This document shows, in pieces, positions 63,550-64,000 of a DNA stretch of 64,000 nucleotides (positions within the stretch are counted from its first letter, which is position 1; each line of letters opens with the position of its first letter). Under the pieces are notes generated by a model. That model did no database searches and had not been told where the DNA came from. It worked only from the letters and a program-made list of their open reading frames with translations. Position numbers and translations under genes: made by a program. The DNA is from Amoebidium appalachense (taxonomy: Eukaryota > Protista > Ichthyosporea), in assembly GCA_963693365.1 (NCBI GenBank), contig CAVNZM010000017.1:1527989-1591988 (forward strand), written 5' to 3'.

Positions 63550-64000
63550 ACACACACACACCTACAACACACACACACACACACTCAGTCGTCTCCCTCT
63601 TTGTGGTTACAGCCAGGGGAGGGTGCTAAATCGTCGGGCGGCCGGGGGGGAGGGGGGGGGGGGGGGGGGGTTATATTGATCGTTGACTGTATTTAGGAAC
63701 ACTGATTAGAAATGCCTGGGGCTTACCATATACGAAGGACTCGTGTAGCTGTGTGTGATTAGGCAGAAGGCTTGATTGATTATTCGGATTCATTCAGATT
63801 CAATTTGGTTGCGATTTGATTGTTTCAGTAGAATGAGAAAAATGTGAGCCTAGCGTGCTAACATAAAACACCCGGGCCGCGGGTGTGTGTGCTTGCTTTA
63901 CTTCATGTATTAATGTTGGATATACGACTACATTTTCAGTAAGCTTCCTGTATGGAAGAAAGATTGCATTTTGAATGTTTTGGGTCATAAAGTATAGAAA

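Overview
Intron-rich eukaryotic DNA, probably from a unicellular opisthokont or holozoan (inferred from gene content). Introns are filled with long C/G homopolymers and (CA)n/(GT)n tracts, so almost all ORFs in the supplied track are repeat artefacts. Splicing exons by hand gives, in order: the 3' end of a Rap1-like GTPase; an intronless secreted protein; a disrupted, 5'-truncated class C (GABA-B-like) GPCR; an unidentified multi-exon minus-strand gene; a class V myosin of about 46 exons (14444-52001); and a 10-exon MEPCE/Bin3 methylphosphate capping enzyme (54315-63088). Myosin introns hold a tRNA-Thr(TGT) gene and four MITE-like inserts with terminal inverted repeats (TIRs). The most unusual items are: (i) an intronic repeat family, always in sense orientation, whose ~160-nt core folds into a pseudoknot supported by compensatory substitutions between copies, and which I cannot assign to a known RNA family; (ii) introns in which pure (CA)n runs up to the acceptor AG and weak donors are followed by poly-C; (iii) myosin features, namely an MLCK-M13-like calmodulin-binding N-terminal extension, a rod built from 84-nt phase-0 exons and 21-nt heptad repeats, a recent exon duplication and a GC-AG intron. 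All coordinates were read by eye and no database searches were run.
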